DNA from: Chrysomallon squamiferum
Taxonomy: Eukaryota > Animalia > Mollusca
Length of the DNA stretch: 64,000 nucleotides
Direction: 5' to 3'
NCBI GenBank assembly: GCA_012295275.1
Contig: CM022672.1
Coordinates: forward strand, 25,358,001 to 25,422,000
Part shown: positions 1 to 13,359 of the stretch, one piece after another
How the letters are laid out: each line of letters starts with the position of its first letter
Numbering within the stretch: position 1 is the first letter of the stretch
Translations under genes and position numbers: made by a program
The notes under the pieces: model-generated
The model's input: the letters and a program-made list of their open reading frames with translations, nothing else
The model's database searches: none
What the model was told of the DNA's origin: nothing

Positions 1-722
1 TACTTTTGCTTCCGAGGACAGACTTCGTGAGGTTACCTTTGCCTGAGAAACGTCAGCTTCCAGCCTTGGTTTTTTGGCAATGTCTATGGACGCTGGAGGA
101 GTTGCTGGCAGAGTGGATTTCATTATCTCAGTCTCTGTCGAGCCCAGATTGCTCGGCAAAGAGTGAACATCTTTTCTTCTTTGTTTATGGTCCAGTGTTG
201 CAGACGTACGTAACGAATGCTGCTGAAGAGGATCTTGGATTTTAACGACCGTGTTCTCTGGCAGGATGGCTTCTGAGGATTTCCACTGGCGAGATGTAGA
301 GGAAGCCAGTTTGTTTGCAGAGACATACTTTTCAGACACATCAACAACAGCTCGCGGAGATTCAGGCAACATTTCCTTTGGTCTTTTAGGCAACGTATGT
401 CTTCCATCTTCATCTGCGTCTTCGGAAACGTGTTTGACGACGACAGGTGACGGCATGGGCGACACCTTTGAAGTTGCTTTTTTCTTTGATCCCCAGTCGA
501 CTTCGTCTTTGCTGGGTACTGTGGTGTGGTATGAACCTCGTGGAGAAATGTTCACCACCGGAATTGGAGTCGGAGGTAACGTTGGTTTATTCATGGTGTC
601 GTCGTTGTTGTTCAAGTTACCGTCTTGCTGAGCGGCTGACTCGGCGTCCTGCTTGTTTCTCGGTGATTTTACTGTTTTCCCGTCTGGAGAATCCCCTTTT
701 CGTCTCACTGGGCTGCCTTTGT
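1..722 (-). CDS. Internal coding exon (~240 codons, open to window edge) of an unidentified S/P/K/T-rich, probably disordered protein
   Basis: Acceptor gtctcttttcag|AC at 722 (phase 1). Frame xKGSPVRRKGDSPDGKTVKSPRNKQDAESAAQQDGNLNNNDDTMNKPTLPPTPIPVVNISPRGSY...AKKPRLEADVSQAKVTSRSLSSEAKV has no stop to position 1. GC is clearly above the flanking intron. Absent from the ORF track because no stop lies in the window. Confidence 0.8.
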
Positions 723-1737
723 CTGAAAAGAGACAACAACAACATTTAGTTATCATTTTTAAATCGAAATATAATCAAATAAATGTATTTAACAGAAGTT
801 CCACAAATAAAAAAATATATAAAAAATAAAAATGAAAAAAATAATAAAATGAAATAAAATAAAATAAAATAAATATCAATAAACAAATAACTTTATTCAC
901 TTATATTTAAATAAATAAATGGTATGAAAAACAACAGAAGACCATTATTGAATTTTAAGATAATTTGGTATAACCAAATAGTCAGAGACAGTAGAAATAG
1001 ACAGATAAACAACCAGATATAAGTAGATTTAAACTCCACACACACACACACACACACAGACACACACACTAAATATTAAAAATAAATAAATAAATAAAGA
1101 TAGGTAGATAGACAGATAGATTGATAGATAGATAGATTAGATAAATCGCTATACACACACGTAGGTAGACAAAAAGCCAGATACAAAGAAAGACCGTAGA
1201 AATTTCAATACTCATGGATGCTATACGATTATCTCCCTTCATCGCGCAAATGCCGCATCAGCATCAACGAGAACACGCACAAACAAAACATGGGAAACAT
1301 TTACACAAGGCACATTTGTTATATATACGTACCTGCACACACACACGCGCACATGTTCAGATTCAGTTTCTTCACCATGTCGCACGTGAAGGAAGAGAGA
1401 AGTACAATAAGAAAAAGAGCCTGTCAGTCAGTCATCGGTTTCTCTTCTTTTACATTTACAAGTATCGATCCCCGTTCTATATTTATCTCTAACATGTATT
1501 TACTTACAGGCAACACGATGTGGATGTCCACTTAATTTGGTTTGTTAGAACCCCTTTAAATATGTGTAATTCATAAATGTATATGTTCCTGTATATTCAG
1601 TCTTGCATCCATCTGTTGATATGTAACTCTATACCTACGTATAGACCCACCCACATGTACACGCAGACTCATAAACACAAAAAGGCGTATAATTATGTAT
1701 AATAGATATATAATGCAAACACCGACATCCATCAATA

Positions 1738-1753
1738 TGTATGTATGGATGTA

Positions 1754-1820
<67 letters not shown>

Positions 1821-1893
1821 ATATATATATATGTATGTATGTGCAACATGTATGTGCAGTGTATATAATTATACTCAAACACACACACACAGA

Positions 1894-1929
<36 letters not shown>

Positions 1930-1981
1930 CACACACACACATATATATACATACATATATACACACACACACATATATATA

Positions 1982-2045
<64 letters not shown>
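1738..2045. repeat. Compound (TA)n/(CA)n/(TACA)n microsatellite
   Basis: Visible simple repeats; source of the overlapping YI/VC/HT ORFs in the track. Confidence 0.95.
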
Positions 2046-2418
2046 CACTGAAAAAAGTCGAAAATTATGGACCGACCCAGCTAGCGAAATATTAAACTTT
2101 TTACATCGCACACCTGTCACCAGGTTTCTTTGCGCTGAATAAAATAAAACTGACAGAATAAAAACAGGATAAATATAACTGATTGTCACTTGTACGTGTA
2201 CAGTGTTTGTAAATGTTATGAATATCACATAAATGTCACACTGTTGTCACAAAAATTAGGAATCAAATAGGTACAAGTTTATCTGAACTAAATGTCGTAT
2301 AACGTATACGATTCTGATATAAACAGATGGTATTATTTCAAATATATATGTGTATAATATGAATGTTTGTGTTTCTGTGTGTGTATGTGTGAGTGTGTGC
2401 ATGTTTGTGTATGTGTGG

Positions 2419-2456
<38 letters not shown>

Positions 2457-2558
2457 ATATATTTGAACTAAATGTACTGTAGTTTATACAGTACTAATTG
2501 AGTGAGATAGATTTTCTGTAAATCCGTGGGAAGGTATTGTTTCAAATATCTGTGTATG

Positions 2559-2608
<50 letters not shown>

Positions 2609-2615
2609 TCTATAG

Positions 2616-2964
2616 GAGGGATCACCAACACGGTAACCGTGAACACCAGGTCGCCCCCAAGATACACATGAGTCGCCCGCAGGCCTGTTCGTAAAATATT
2701 TAAACAATTACTGAGATCAGTAGAATTAAAGCTTGAATATTGACATTATCTGTATCCAGCCTTGTTAGGTCACTGGGTGATAATTATTGTGAGAAATCAT
2801 TAACGTGATCAGTGTCTTCGCATAGATGGGTATCATTAATAATAATATATAACTAAAGATACATTTGTTATTTCAGAAGAGTGTAACAAACTGATAGCCC
2901 TTCGTGTGTACCTATGAAGTAGCTATGAACTAGCTCTCATGTTCAAAATGGTTGGTGACCCATG
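2616..2964. mobile_element. Non-autonomous hAT (Charlie-like) DNA transposon remnant
   Basis: Degenerate 14-bp TIRs GAGGGATCACCAAC (2616) and GTTGGTGACCCATG (2951-2964), fitting a CAGGGGTCACCAAC consensus. 8-bp flanks ctctatag/gtctatac match 6/8 and resemble the hAT-Charlie NTCTAGAN target. Confidence 0.7.
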
Positions 2965-4469
2965 GTCTATACAATAAACGCTGAGACTCATACGATACAC
3001 CATATATATATATATGAATATGTACATACACACACCATATACATATACTCGTATATACACACACACCATAAACATTCCAAAATACATATATAAATAGACA
3101 CATATATACAAAGTTGCACGCACACACACATTCACACACACACACACATACACATACACATAATCACACCCACCTATAAACATATACACAAATCCTGCAT
3201 AAGCTGCTAATTTTTGAAAGCCTTCACGAAAGTTTTTAACTGAACAAAAATATGGTTCTCATTTTTAATATATGACAGGGATATATGTAAAGCGAACGTG
3301 ATAAAAAGTGAAAGTAATTATGCCCTGCAGAGCGATGTTTCCACGTAACCGTTTGGTGTCTATTGTTGAAAGAAAGCAATAAACCCAAAGACGTAAACAC
3401 GGTTGTGATTCCGTGAACCGTAAAATGTTGTTTTTCGTATGTATATGTAGGCGTCTGCGCATTTGTGTGGAAGTTTATATATAGCAGTACTGAGAAAAAA
3501 AAAAAATAAAAAGAAGACATTGTCTCTTTCTTTAGATGTGTGTTTGTCTGTTTGTGTGTACGTGTGTATATACTAAGTATATATTAGTAAATAAATAAAT
3601 ACACATAATTATACACTCATATACTCGATATATGTATGTATATATAGGTACTAATATATTCATATCTAAATAAATAAATAAATGCACACACACACACACA
3701 CATACACGCACACATACATATATATATGAGTGTGTGTGTAGTGCGTATATTTATGTTGTTGTTGGTATGTCAAATTGTGTGTAAAATGTACACTTGTGTG
3801 TGTTTATGTATGAATTAGTGAAAAGTATTTGTGTATTGTGTGTGTGATACAGAGACTAATAAACTACATATATATTTTGTTTTGTATCAGTGTGTATGTG
3901 TATGTGAATGTATGTGGACATCCACATCGCGTTGATCAGATTGTAAGTAAATACATGCTAAGTATAGAACCGGGATCGATACTTGTAAATGTGTGTGTGC
4001 GTGTGTGTGTGTTTGTGTTTGTCCGTGCCTCTGTGCCTTTCTATACATGTGTATGTAAATCAACGTATACGTCCAAGATTAACACAAAATAAATATTTAC
4101 TCTTTATATAATCATATGATATATCTAAAATGATATATCTATCTATTTCTCTGTCTGTCTGTCTGTCTATCTATCTACATATCTACCTATTTATCTGTGT
4201 ATATATATATATATAATTATAAAATCGAAAGCGAAAATAAGCAAAAATAAACAGAAATAAGAAAGAATGAAAAACATAATCAGACCATAAGTACACACAC
4301 TAAATATTAAATATAAATAAATAAATAATAGAAATATCAGTAGTAGTGGTGGTAGTAGTAGTAATCGAAGTAGTAATAGGAATAACAGTATTAGTAATCG
4401 TAGTAGTAGAGTCCTAATAGTAGTACTAATACTAATAATAATTTAAAAACCAGCTAGATCACATATTAC

Positions 4470-4494
4470 CTGGTAGCGGAAGAACAATAGACAT
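4470..4494 (-). CDS. Candidate short first coding exon (MSIVLPLP) for the exon at 1-722
   Basis: ATG TCT ATT GTT CTT CCG CTA CCA G|gtaata. Phase-1 donor is compatible with the phase-1 acceptor at 722. No homology support. Confidence 0.4.
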
Positions 4495-6962
4495 GATAGA
4501 TTATCTCCACAAATTTTCGTTGATAATATATTATATTTTCAGCTAAACAGCATAACTCAGTACGTATATATATTCCAGGAAACTGCATCAACCTAATCAA
4601 CAATATATGTAAACTCAGTCAATAAATGGAATTATTTTTAAAATACACTGAACCGTAATATCATCCATTAAGAGATATCCAATGAAAGTTTTATTAAATG
4701 TATTAAGTCAATAGTATATTTACTATTTTGCTTTTAAAATGCGGATATGTCTTATATCATAGCTAATGCAGTTAAGTATATAAATATACTTTTGTCTGAG
4801 AAGAGAAATATTATTTTCAACCAGAAACTGTAAATTGCAATCTCCTTAAAATAACAGAGAACAGTGAATAGAAATTTCTGTTACGTCATTTGAGTTTTGC
4901 AACATAAACAATAACTGAAAACAGTCGACACTTTTCCCACTTTTATGTTAATATCTCTAATATTAACAAAACTTTTTGAAACGGATGGCGTAACAAGCAA
5001 AACGTTTCCACTTATGTTTTAACACAAAACAGCTTGCACGTCATTCTCTCCAATTATCTCCAATTACTGTCTGCAACTTGTTTCAGATTCCATTTTCCGT
5101 TACTTTCACTCAGGTATTGATTATATCAAAGCTTGTGGAAACGAATTCGAATAACCGCTGTCAACACGCACACAGCGATATATCGATCAACATCCAGACA
5201 TTTTTGTTTATGCTAGTTTTTGTGTTATGTTCGTTTTCGACTTACGTAATCAAAATCGGGCGCTTTCGGCAGGTTTCGTAATTGGTTTTATTGACGCCGT
5301 GTGACTGGCGACTTTATACGAAGATGAAATTAATACAGAGAGGTTAAAGCAAAGCAACAGTAAAATAATTATTAGGAATGATCTTCAACGAATCAGCGAT
5401 GTGAATAATCGGCTTGGTAAAACTAATTTCCTGTACACAGACATTGATTATGATTATAACACTCCACATACATACAGAAATACATACATTCATATATATA
5501 TACGTATATAGATACATATACATACATACCAGACTGTTCAAGAATATTGTTTATGTACAGAGTCTAATCAGACGTAAGTAAAAAACACAGAATAACTACA
5601 CATATAACAGACCCATACATATATAGATACATGCATGCATGCATATATAGATACATATACATATATACATGTATACATACATACATATACATACATATAT
5701 TCTACAAACTATTTATTTTCATATCTTCTCCTTTTCGCCCTCCAATTAAAAAAAAAATAAAAAAAAAAAAATAACATAACATAAAATAAGTAAATAAGTA
5801 ATTAAGTAAGTAGATAAAACAAATATAGTATTTCGTAATATATAAACCACAATTACCAGTGACAGCTGTATGAATCATTTGTCACAGATTCATTTATTAC
5901 TAATTTTTTTACTAAGTTATTAATAATAATAATAAAAAAAATAGCAATTAAAAAGTAACAGTAATAAAAAAAAAAAAAAAAAAAAAAAAATACATAAATA
6001 AATACATAAATAAAATGTAAATGTAAATGAAATAAAAAATAATAAAGAGGCGTTCCTCGACTGTATTCTACAAGGCTGATTTTCAGCTAAACACAATTTA
6101 TGCGCATAATTGTAAACTGATTTCAGCATAATTGATTAATATTGTTGCTAAGAAACAAACAAGACTGATATATTTATTTATTTTTTTATTTTATTTTATT
6201 ATTTTTTTGCTGACTGACTGTTTTACCAGTCAGAACAAAAAAAAAAAAAAACGGTAAATGCTTCTTCATTTTTGCTCATTTATGTTATGTAACGGTTTCG
6301 TGTTTTGCGTCGATCATTGGATACAAACGGGAATGCATTAATATATAATTATGTGAAAACACATACACATACGTAATACAGGCTTTGTCTGGTATACATG
6401 GCAAAAAAACCAACAACAACGCAAAACAAAGGTAAAATAAACCTCTTACCTTGAGCTTTGCAAGGTATATAAAAATAGTAATCAATGATCAAGATAACAG
6501 ATACATCCAGTGGTCTCCTGGCGTCTAAGTTCATTTAATTTTTGCGATAATTTAGTACGTATCTACAGATTGTTCGATCACTTCAGATACACCGGCTTAA
6601 TCGATCAGCCACACCCACACGGATCACGTGAACTGTGAGGCAACATGATTACCTAAAAACCGTTAGGTCTGTGTAATCCAGTATATTTATACAATTATTA
6701 CGGCTGGTTATCACCTTTATATAAATTATGCAATCTGGATCATTTGCTGATGATATAGAACGTTCAGTAAATGTTGAAATATGTAAGAAAGAGTGAGCGA
6801 GTGGGGGAACGAGAATGAGAAAAAGAAGCAGTCAGATAATATAGACTGATAGACGAATAGACAGACAGACAGATAGAAAGACAGAAAGAAAAAGCTAATA
6901 GAAATAGATAGGGAAAATGGAACACCATTTACTTAAGCTACTCTGAGAGTGGGAAAGAGAAA

Positions 6963-7110
<148 letters not shown>

Positions 7111-7535
7111 TATGTAAAATGGGGAAAATATACTTCTTCATTAAAGCGATTTTAAAAAACATGGAGGAATTCCAAGTTCGGACTATCCTCTGGCGCCGAT
7201 TAATCTGGTTACGCAATACGATTAAGTTAATCTGCCTCAGTAGAATCATTTTTACCTGAAGCCGTTAAATTCACACGTAGTTAATCAGATTAAGCATAAC
7301 TGTAAAGTTACCTTGTCAACATAATTTTACCAGGTCACAGATTCTTAAATGACACTATGGATATACGTAATAAACAATCACATATGAAGGAAAGGATTAA
7401 ACTGTAACCATGATGGTACGAATGAATGGTTTAGAACCATTGTTTATACTTCCAAGTTATTGTTTTATTTGGTTTTGGTGGCGTAGCATTGATAATAACA
7501 AACCATGACAATAAAATAATTCTACTACATTTGAA

Positions 7536-7589
7536 CGCCGCCATTTTAACCCTCTAGTGACGTCATCGCATACAAGGCGGATTGATTGG
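7536..7589 (-). promoter_or_regulatory. Candidate minus-strand core promoter: CCAAT box, CRE palindrome, YY1 motif
   Basis: In minus-strand order: CCAAT (7589-7585), TGACGTCA (7558-7565), AAAATGGCGGCG (7547-7536). The same YY1-type motif overlaps the CDC23 start at 26424. Confidence 0.5.
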
Positions 7590-8320
7590 TGTAACTTTTT
7601 TCCTGACAAAGCTAGAAGAAAGCAAAGCAAATTGTTCCTTCTTGTCCACTTTTATTATTATATTTCTTTATTAATTATGATCAGCGGAAAATAAATAAAT
7701 AAATAAATAAATAAATAAATTTTTAAAATTTTAAAGTTAATTAAAAAAAAAAAATCAACATCAGAAAACAAACAAAACAAAACTAATTAACAGATTAACT
7801 AACTAAATAAATAAATAACAAAAAAACAAAACGTAACTTGAAACATGCAGAATATATTTAAACTAATTCTTATGTCGTATTTCCAAAGCTGCAGTTTAAT
7901 TAACGACGACGTCAGAGAAGTAATTACTGTTCCATCTCTTGTACGTGTAAACAATAGCTGAATCATTTCGGTTCTGAATGCGAACTAATTTGTCACGATG
8001 TTTCGCTCAGAGTCCAGGCAGTCCAGATGAAAAGGTTTCTATACACGTGTTAACAAACCAGCGGAGAACACAAAACCAGGAATTACGTGTGAATGAGTCT
8101 CGTTATTAATAAACAATGCCCAGCCAAGAGCAAGCGAGACCTTCTGTGGTAATTCTCTGTTAGGTGATAATGTTTCGGGCGTTCTCCGGGAAGTTAGCTT
8201 GGATACATTTCAGTGTTATTATTAAATAATAACAACAGCATTAAGCTTTTGCAGGAGTAACAAGGTCTGCTTAAAGCCAGGTGAAACAATTTCATGTATT
8301 CCAAGTGTGTGTATTATTAT

Positions 8321-8352
<32 letters not shown>

Positions 8353-8795
8353 AAATATACTAGTAGTCGTTTATATTGTTGTGTTGTTGTTATTATTGTT
8401 ATTGTCATCATAATCATCATCATTATATACTTATTATTATTGTTGTTGTTGTTGTTGTTGTGTTATTGTTATCATCATCATATCATCATTATATAATTAA
8501 TTTATTATTATTACCACTATTATTATTGCTATTGTTATTATTGTTGTTGTTTTGTTACTACTGCTACTACCACCTCTAATAATTTTTTTATTTCTATTTC
8601 TTTAATTAATTATTAATTTTGTACATATAAATATTGAAACATCTATCATGTTCTTCAACAAACGTCAGTTGGAACAGGAAACTAGCTAGATGGACGCTTG
8701 AAAAGAACTGATCCTAAACTAATCATGAAGCCTTAAGCCACCGCAGTTAAAAAGCCAACTGGAACCCGCTGCAATTTGCACAAGCACATACTTAC

Positions 8796-8970
8796 CTTAT
8801 ACAGAATGCGACATGATCATAAGGACAGGACTCTTAATCTCTGCGGTCAACGAAGAATCCCGTTGGGTTATTTATTACAGACCTTGTATCAACACAAGAA
8901 AGACTCTGCTTGAAGTGGTTAGCAAAGCAGCGGTAACCTATTGCAGGCTGTCATTATTCATTGACACTCT
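8796..8970 (-). other. Candidate non-coding (5'UTR-type) exon
   Basis: gtgattttag acceptor at 8970, consensus AAG|gtaagt donor at 8796, locally raised GC; stop codon in the frame needed to join exon 1-722. Confidence 0.3.
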
Positions 8971-9256
8971 CTAAAATCACAGCTAAAACGTGTTTGTTTA
9001 AAACGATAGCTAGTGCTCAGTAAACAAATCTTGCCAGCTGTCCAATGTTAGCACATTCCAACAGGCGTTGAAATTACTCTCTGGTTGTTGTTTTTTAAGC
9101 GAAACTAGTACTTTTTAAAATCATTTTATTGATATTTAGTTAATTTCGCATTTACAGCACTTTTATTATCGAATTAACTACACTGTTTTCAGTTACTTTA
9201 CTGACTGCAATTATAATTAATTTGAGAAATTTCAACTGACATTTAAGTAATGAGAA

Positions 9257-9297
<41 letters not shown>

Positions 9298-10015
9298 ATT
9301 AAAGTATACTGTTTTGAACTATCTTTTTTATCTCTCTTTTTACCGACATAAATATAGGTAAATTTCAATAGATATTCAACTAAAATTAACAAAGATACGA
9401 ATTAAATAGGGGCACTGGTGTATCATCTGAACATTATTTTAAAGCATTGAATGCAGACGTCTGCAGGACACACAGCAGTCTACGGCACACACCGACACCA
9501 ACCTCAAACAAAGACACCTACGGCGAGCACAGAAGCCTACGGTGCACATATGCAGCGGCTACGACGCTCACGTGAGAGCTGGTAAATAAAGAGAGGCTTT
9601 TAAATCGCGACTGCCAACTTCACGCTTCAGTTCTTAGCCGGTTACGCTTTAACGGGTCCACTGCAGCCGCCAACATGTACGTAAGGTAATCACAACACTA
9701 CAGAAGCCGTGTACCACTGAGCAGTGTCACAGCCAATGTCGTATGTACACGCTGTCGTATACCACATACAGTTCTTTTCTTTAACCTCACAAACAAACCC
9801 GCATGCGACATTCAGCTGAACACCCGAGTCAGCAGACTGTAAGATTTTATCACCTATTCGTCTTTGCAGCACAGGACGTTAGCACTGCGGCTACCGTGAC
9901 ATCTTAGTGCACATTTTCTTTTTTTTCTTTTTTATTTATTTTGATAAATGCTGTATCATCTGCTGATACCCGTATGTTTGTCTGTGCTGCGTATTACATT
10001 TAATAAAAAAAATCT

Positions 10016-10118
10016 TTGTCAGCAACCAAATACACCATTGCAAATTAGTTAAATATAAATCTTTGTCAGAAACCAAGTACACCATTACAAATTAGTTGAA
10101 TATAAATCTTTGTCATTA
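10016..10118. repeat. ~2.5 tandem copies of a ~46-bp unit (aaccaagtacaccattgcaaattagttaaatataaatctttgtca)
   Basis: Direct repeats visible at ~10024, ~10070 and ~10118. Confidence 0.75.
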
Positions 10119-10837
10119 ACCAAGTACACCATTGCAAACTGGTTCATCTGAAGCCAAATACTACAATAAACGCAAATAATTATACCATTGCATTGATTTG
10201 TATATTCAGGTCTATGGCCTAAGTTAAACCGTCGTCTTTATTTGTAATTGTTCTGTCTGTATTATTGAGTTTTCATGCTTACAATAATAATAATAATAAT
10301 AATAAAATAAAAAAAAATGTATATATCATTCGATAAATTTTATTATGTGCTAAATAAATATCAGAATACTTTGTTTATACTACAGTCGATAACGTTTAAC
10401 TGATGGCAAATATTGATAAATTAAAATGCTTGGTTAACTTACTTATGTTAATCACAATAAGACCAATACACATTGGAGATTCGGTTACTTAGTATAATTA
10501 CTAAATTATTACCAGATAGTACTGTGCAATAAAAAATTAATTTTTTTTAATAATAATAAAATAAATAAATAAATAAAATGAAATGAAACAATGGAAATAC
10601 AGAAAGAAAATACAGTATATGAATTTAATTTAGGATATGTTGTGGCAATAATATCCGATTTTATATATACATATTTGTGTTTCTGTGTGGGTGTCTGCGT
10701 ACGTGTGACAAATGAAAATGTCTTTTGTTTGGCATTTGTAATAAATCTTCCATATTAACAGTCACAAAAATCTTAGAAATTTAGAAAATGAACAGAAAGT
10801 GTATTAGGACGATTTTTGTGTGTTTTATGTGTGGTGT

Positions 10838-10886
<49 letters not shown>

Positions 10887-11451
10887 GAGATAAATGAGTG
10901 ACAGTGTAATAGTGTGTATGCGTAGTTTCAGGTTTGTTATTTTTTATTATTAATATATTCTTACAATTTTTCTTTTTTACGGATTAAACAAATAACCTTA
11001 AAATATTTACTAATGTTTTTTATTTAGTATAAAATACCAAAACAGATTGCTAGATTATGACATTTAAAAACAGCTGCCAAGTAAATAGGATAATCTGGGC
11101 AACGTCTTCATTAATAATGTTAAGCAGCTAGCCTAATACTGAAATAACATTCGTAACTTACAGAATACGTACAGAATAATGTCAGTTATTATTAAGCCGA
11201 GATTTGATTCATTTAAATATGTGTTTAAATCCATTTTTTGAACTTGAAATGTTTGTTACAATCGAATATTGAAAAATACGAATAAATTATATTAGTTATT
11301 CACTCAAATAAATAAATAACAATAACTGAAAAATATGAATGTGCTCTTTCTCTAAAAATGTATTATATTTTATTCCTTATTTTAAATAATAATGTCCAAA
11401 ATCTTTTAAATCCTACTTCGACTGCTGTGTGAAATTAAAATAAGGGATCTG

Positions 11452-12000
11452 TTACTTGCCATGTATCTGCTTTTGTTCTTCAGTGGAATATTCAGTGTGT
11501 ATTGGGTAATCCCTCAAAAACAACGTCTCCAGTTCCTTCCAAGGATCTTTATCTGATTCCCAGTCCTTTCGAAAAAACTTTGTGATTTCAACAGGGATCT
11601 CTTTCGGTAACTGTTCTGGCTCCAGACCAACCGCTAGTGGAACTAACTGCCCCTTGCTGGGATTATTAATTAGATTTTTAAACGCTGTCATTTGAATGTA
11701 AGCCGGCCAACAGTTTTTTACAAAGCCTGGCGTAAGAACGACTATTGTGAAGAAAGAACCATTAACAACTCGCGTTAGCTCCAGGAAGAGATGTTTGCCA
11801 GCCACGGCGTCTCTGTCGTGGTAGTAGCTGTTGACAAAACCCAAAGATTCGATGCTGTTCACGATCCATTCAACGAACTCCAGAGACATCTTCGTGTCGT
11901 CCGTTCTGGACAGGTGCGATTTGGCGTGGTTGTAGATGACGTTGAAATGGTAAACCTTTCCTTCCAACAGCGGCCGGCATACAACGCCACGATGATCCAT
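11452..12000 (-). CDS. Cytoplasmic TIR-domain protein (182 aa if single-exon; may be exon 1 of a longer gene)
   Basis: MDHRGVVCRPLLEGKVYHFNVIYNH (box1-like)...EWIVNSIESLG..YYHDRDAVAG (box2/BB loop)...SFFTIVVLTPGFVKNCW..LVPLAV.. matches the TIR pattern. True ATG is probably 12000 rather than the GTG at 12057. No signal peptide, TM or LRR. Confidence 0.85.
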   Translation of the reverse strand: MDHRGVVCRPLLEGKVYHFNVIYNHAKSHLSRTDDTKMSLEFVEWIVNSIESLGFVNSYYHDRDAVAGKHLFLELTRVVNGSFFTIVVLTPGFVKNCWPAYIQMTAFKNLINNPSKGQLVPLAVGLEPEQLPKEIPVEITKFFRKDWESDKDPWKELETLFLRDYPIHTEYSTEEQKQIHGK

Positions 12001-12170
12001 CGCTGTTTTTGTTTTGAAGTGATATTGTATAAATATCAATATATATATACCTGACACTATTATAATGTATAAATCGATGCGCCCTGTTCAGGACAGGCTA
12101 GTTAACTAAAAGGTTATAAATAACATGAAAGACTGGTTGGTCGTGTAGTGGAGCAAGCGAGCGAACACGC

Positions 12171-12250
12171 GGAAAACCCCATGCAGATATCAAGACGAGT
12201 GACGGCACGCCTGAAGGACAGGAATATATAAACACTCCGCAGTCACGTCA
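12171..12250 (-). promoter_or_regulatory. NF-kB site and CRE/ATF-like site upstream of the TIR ORF
   Basis: GGGGTTTTCC on the minus strand (12180-12171) fits GGGRNWYYCC. TGACGTGA at 12250-12243. TGAGTCA AP-1 motifs at ~12588 and ~12732. Confidence 0.4.
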
Positions 12251-13309
12251 GGTCGTGCTTTGATATCCACGTCCACACCGAGTTTTAAATTTAAGACAGA
12301 TTAATATCAATCACAGGTAAATATAAATAAAAAGCTTGGATTACAAGAAAAGGAAAGAGGATTAAATACCAGGAGCAAAATCAAAAGCTCTAAATTAGGA
12401 CGCGAACAAAATACGCACCTTAAAGCGTTTTGTTTGCACGTGTATACAATTAGAATTGTTTTGAAAACATTAAATGAATATCAAATTTGGATTGGTGGGT
12501 TTTTCTTTTGTGTGTGGGTTGGATGTTTTTGTTTGTTTGTTTTATTTTTTACGTATAAAAGCTCTAGATTTCCTTATTAATATTAATTGAGTCAACACGT
12601 TACAACTGATAACGAAACAATAACTATCACAGTCAAGTTTATTACTAGTGTTCGCGTTTTTCTAGACTTTTATTGTCACAGATACCTTAGGGCATATAAT
12701 GGAAAACAAATTTTATATATATATATATAACTGAGTCACATATTCTCTTTAAATGTAAAATTAGTGAAATAAATAAAAAATATAATTTTCATAATATTAT
12801 TTTCGCTGTGGACATGTGTATAGTAATTGTAATAGCTCTTGGCCAGCGACATGTGTCTAGACAATAAATTTTTGTTTTTCATAAATATATCATTTAGTAG
12901 AATTTGTTTTTATCAATACCGTAAGAAGGACATACACTATCGTAAATAATAACATTTTATTTTTCTACCAGATTTTCGTAATTCAGGTTTTCGAGATCTA
13001 TACATAAAACACTTACTTATTTTCGCTAAAAAAATGAAATGTTGCTATTTCAAACAAGTATAGATCTAATTAGAAAGAGATGAAAGCAATAGCATCATGA
13101 ATAAATAACAACGATAATAAAATATTAACACATACTGTTCTCTGAAATAGCATGCAACACAAACAACAGTTAAATAACCAAACTGTAAATGAGTAATGAT
13201 GAATGGAAGACAAAGGAACAGGCGTCAGCAAACACACACACGTAAACGTAGAAACACACATTCAGTCTGGTGGATATAAGCATACATACAAGCATACATA
13301 CATATACAA

Positions 13310-13359
<50 letters not shown>

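Noticed and set aside
1571-2228. Many 60-200 aa ORFs of YI/VC/HT/ER/SL/poly-I/poly-L type here and across the window
   Set aside because: Translations of microsatellites.
11791-12054. Plus-strand 87-aa ORF, and plus-strand ORFs at 6-749
   Set aside because: Antisense shadows of real minus-strand coding sequence.
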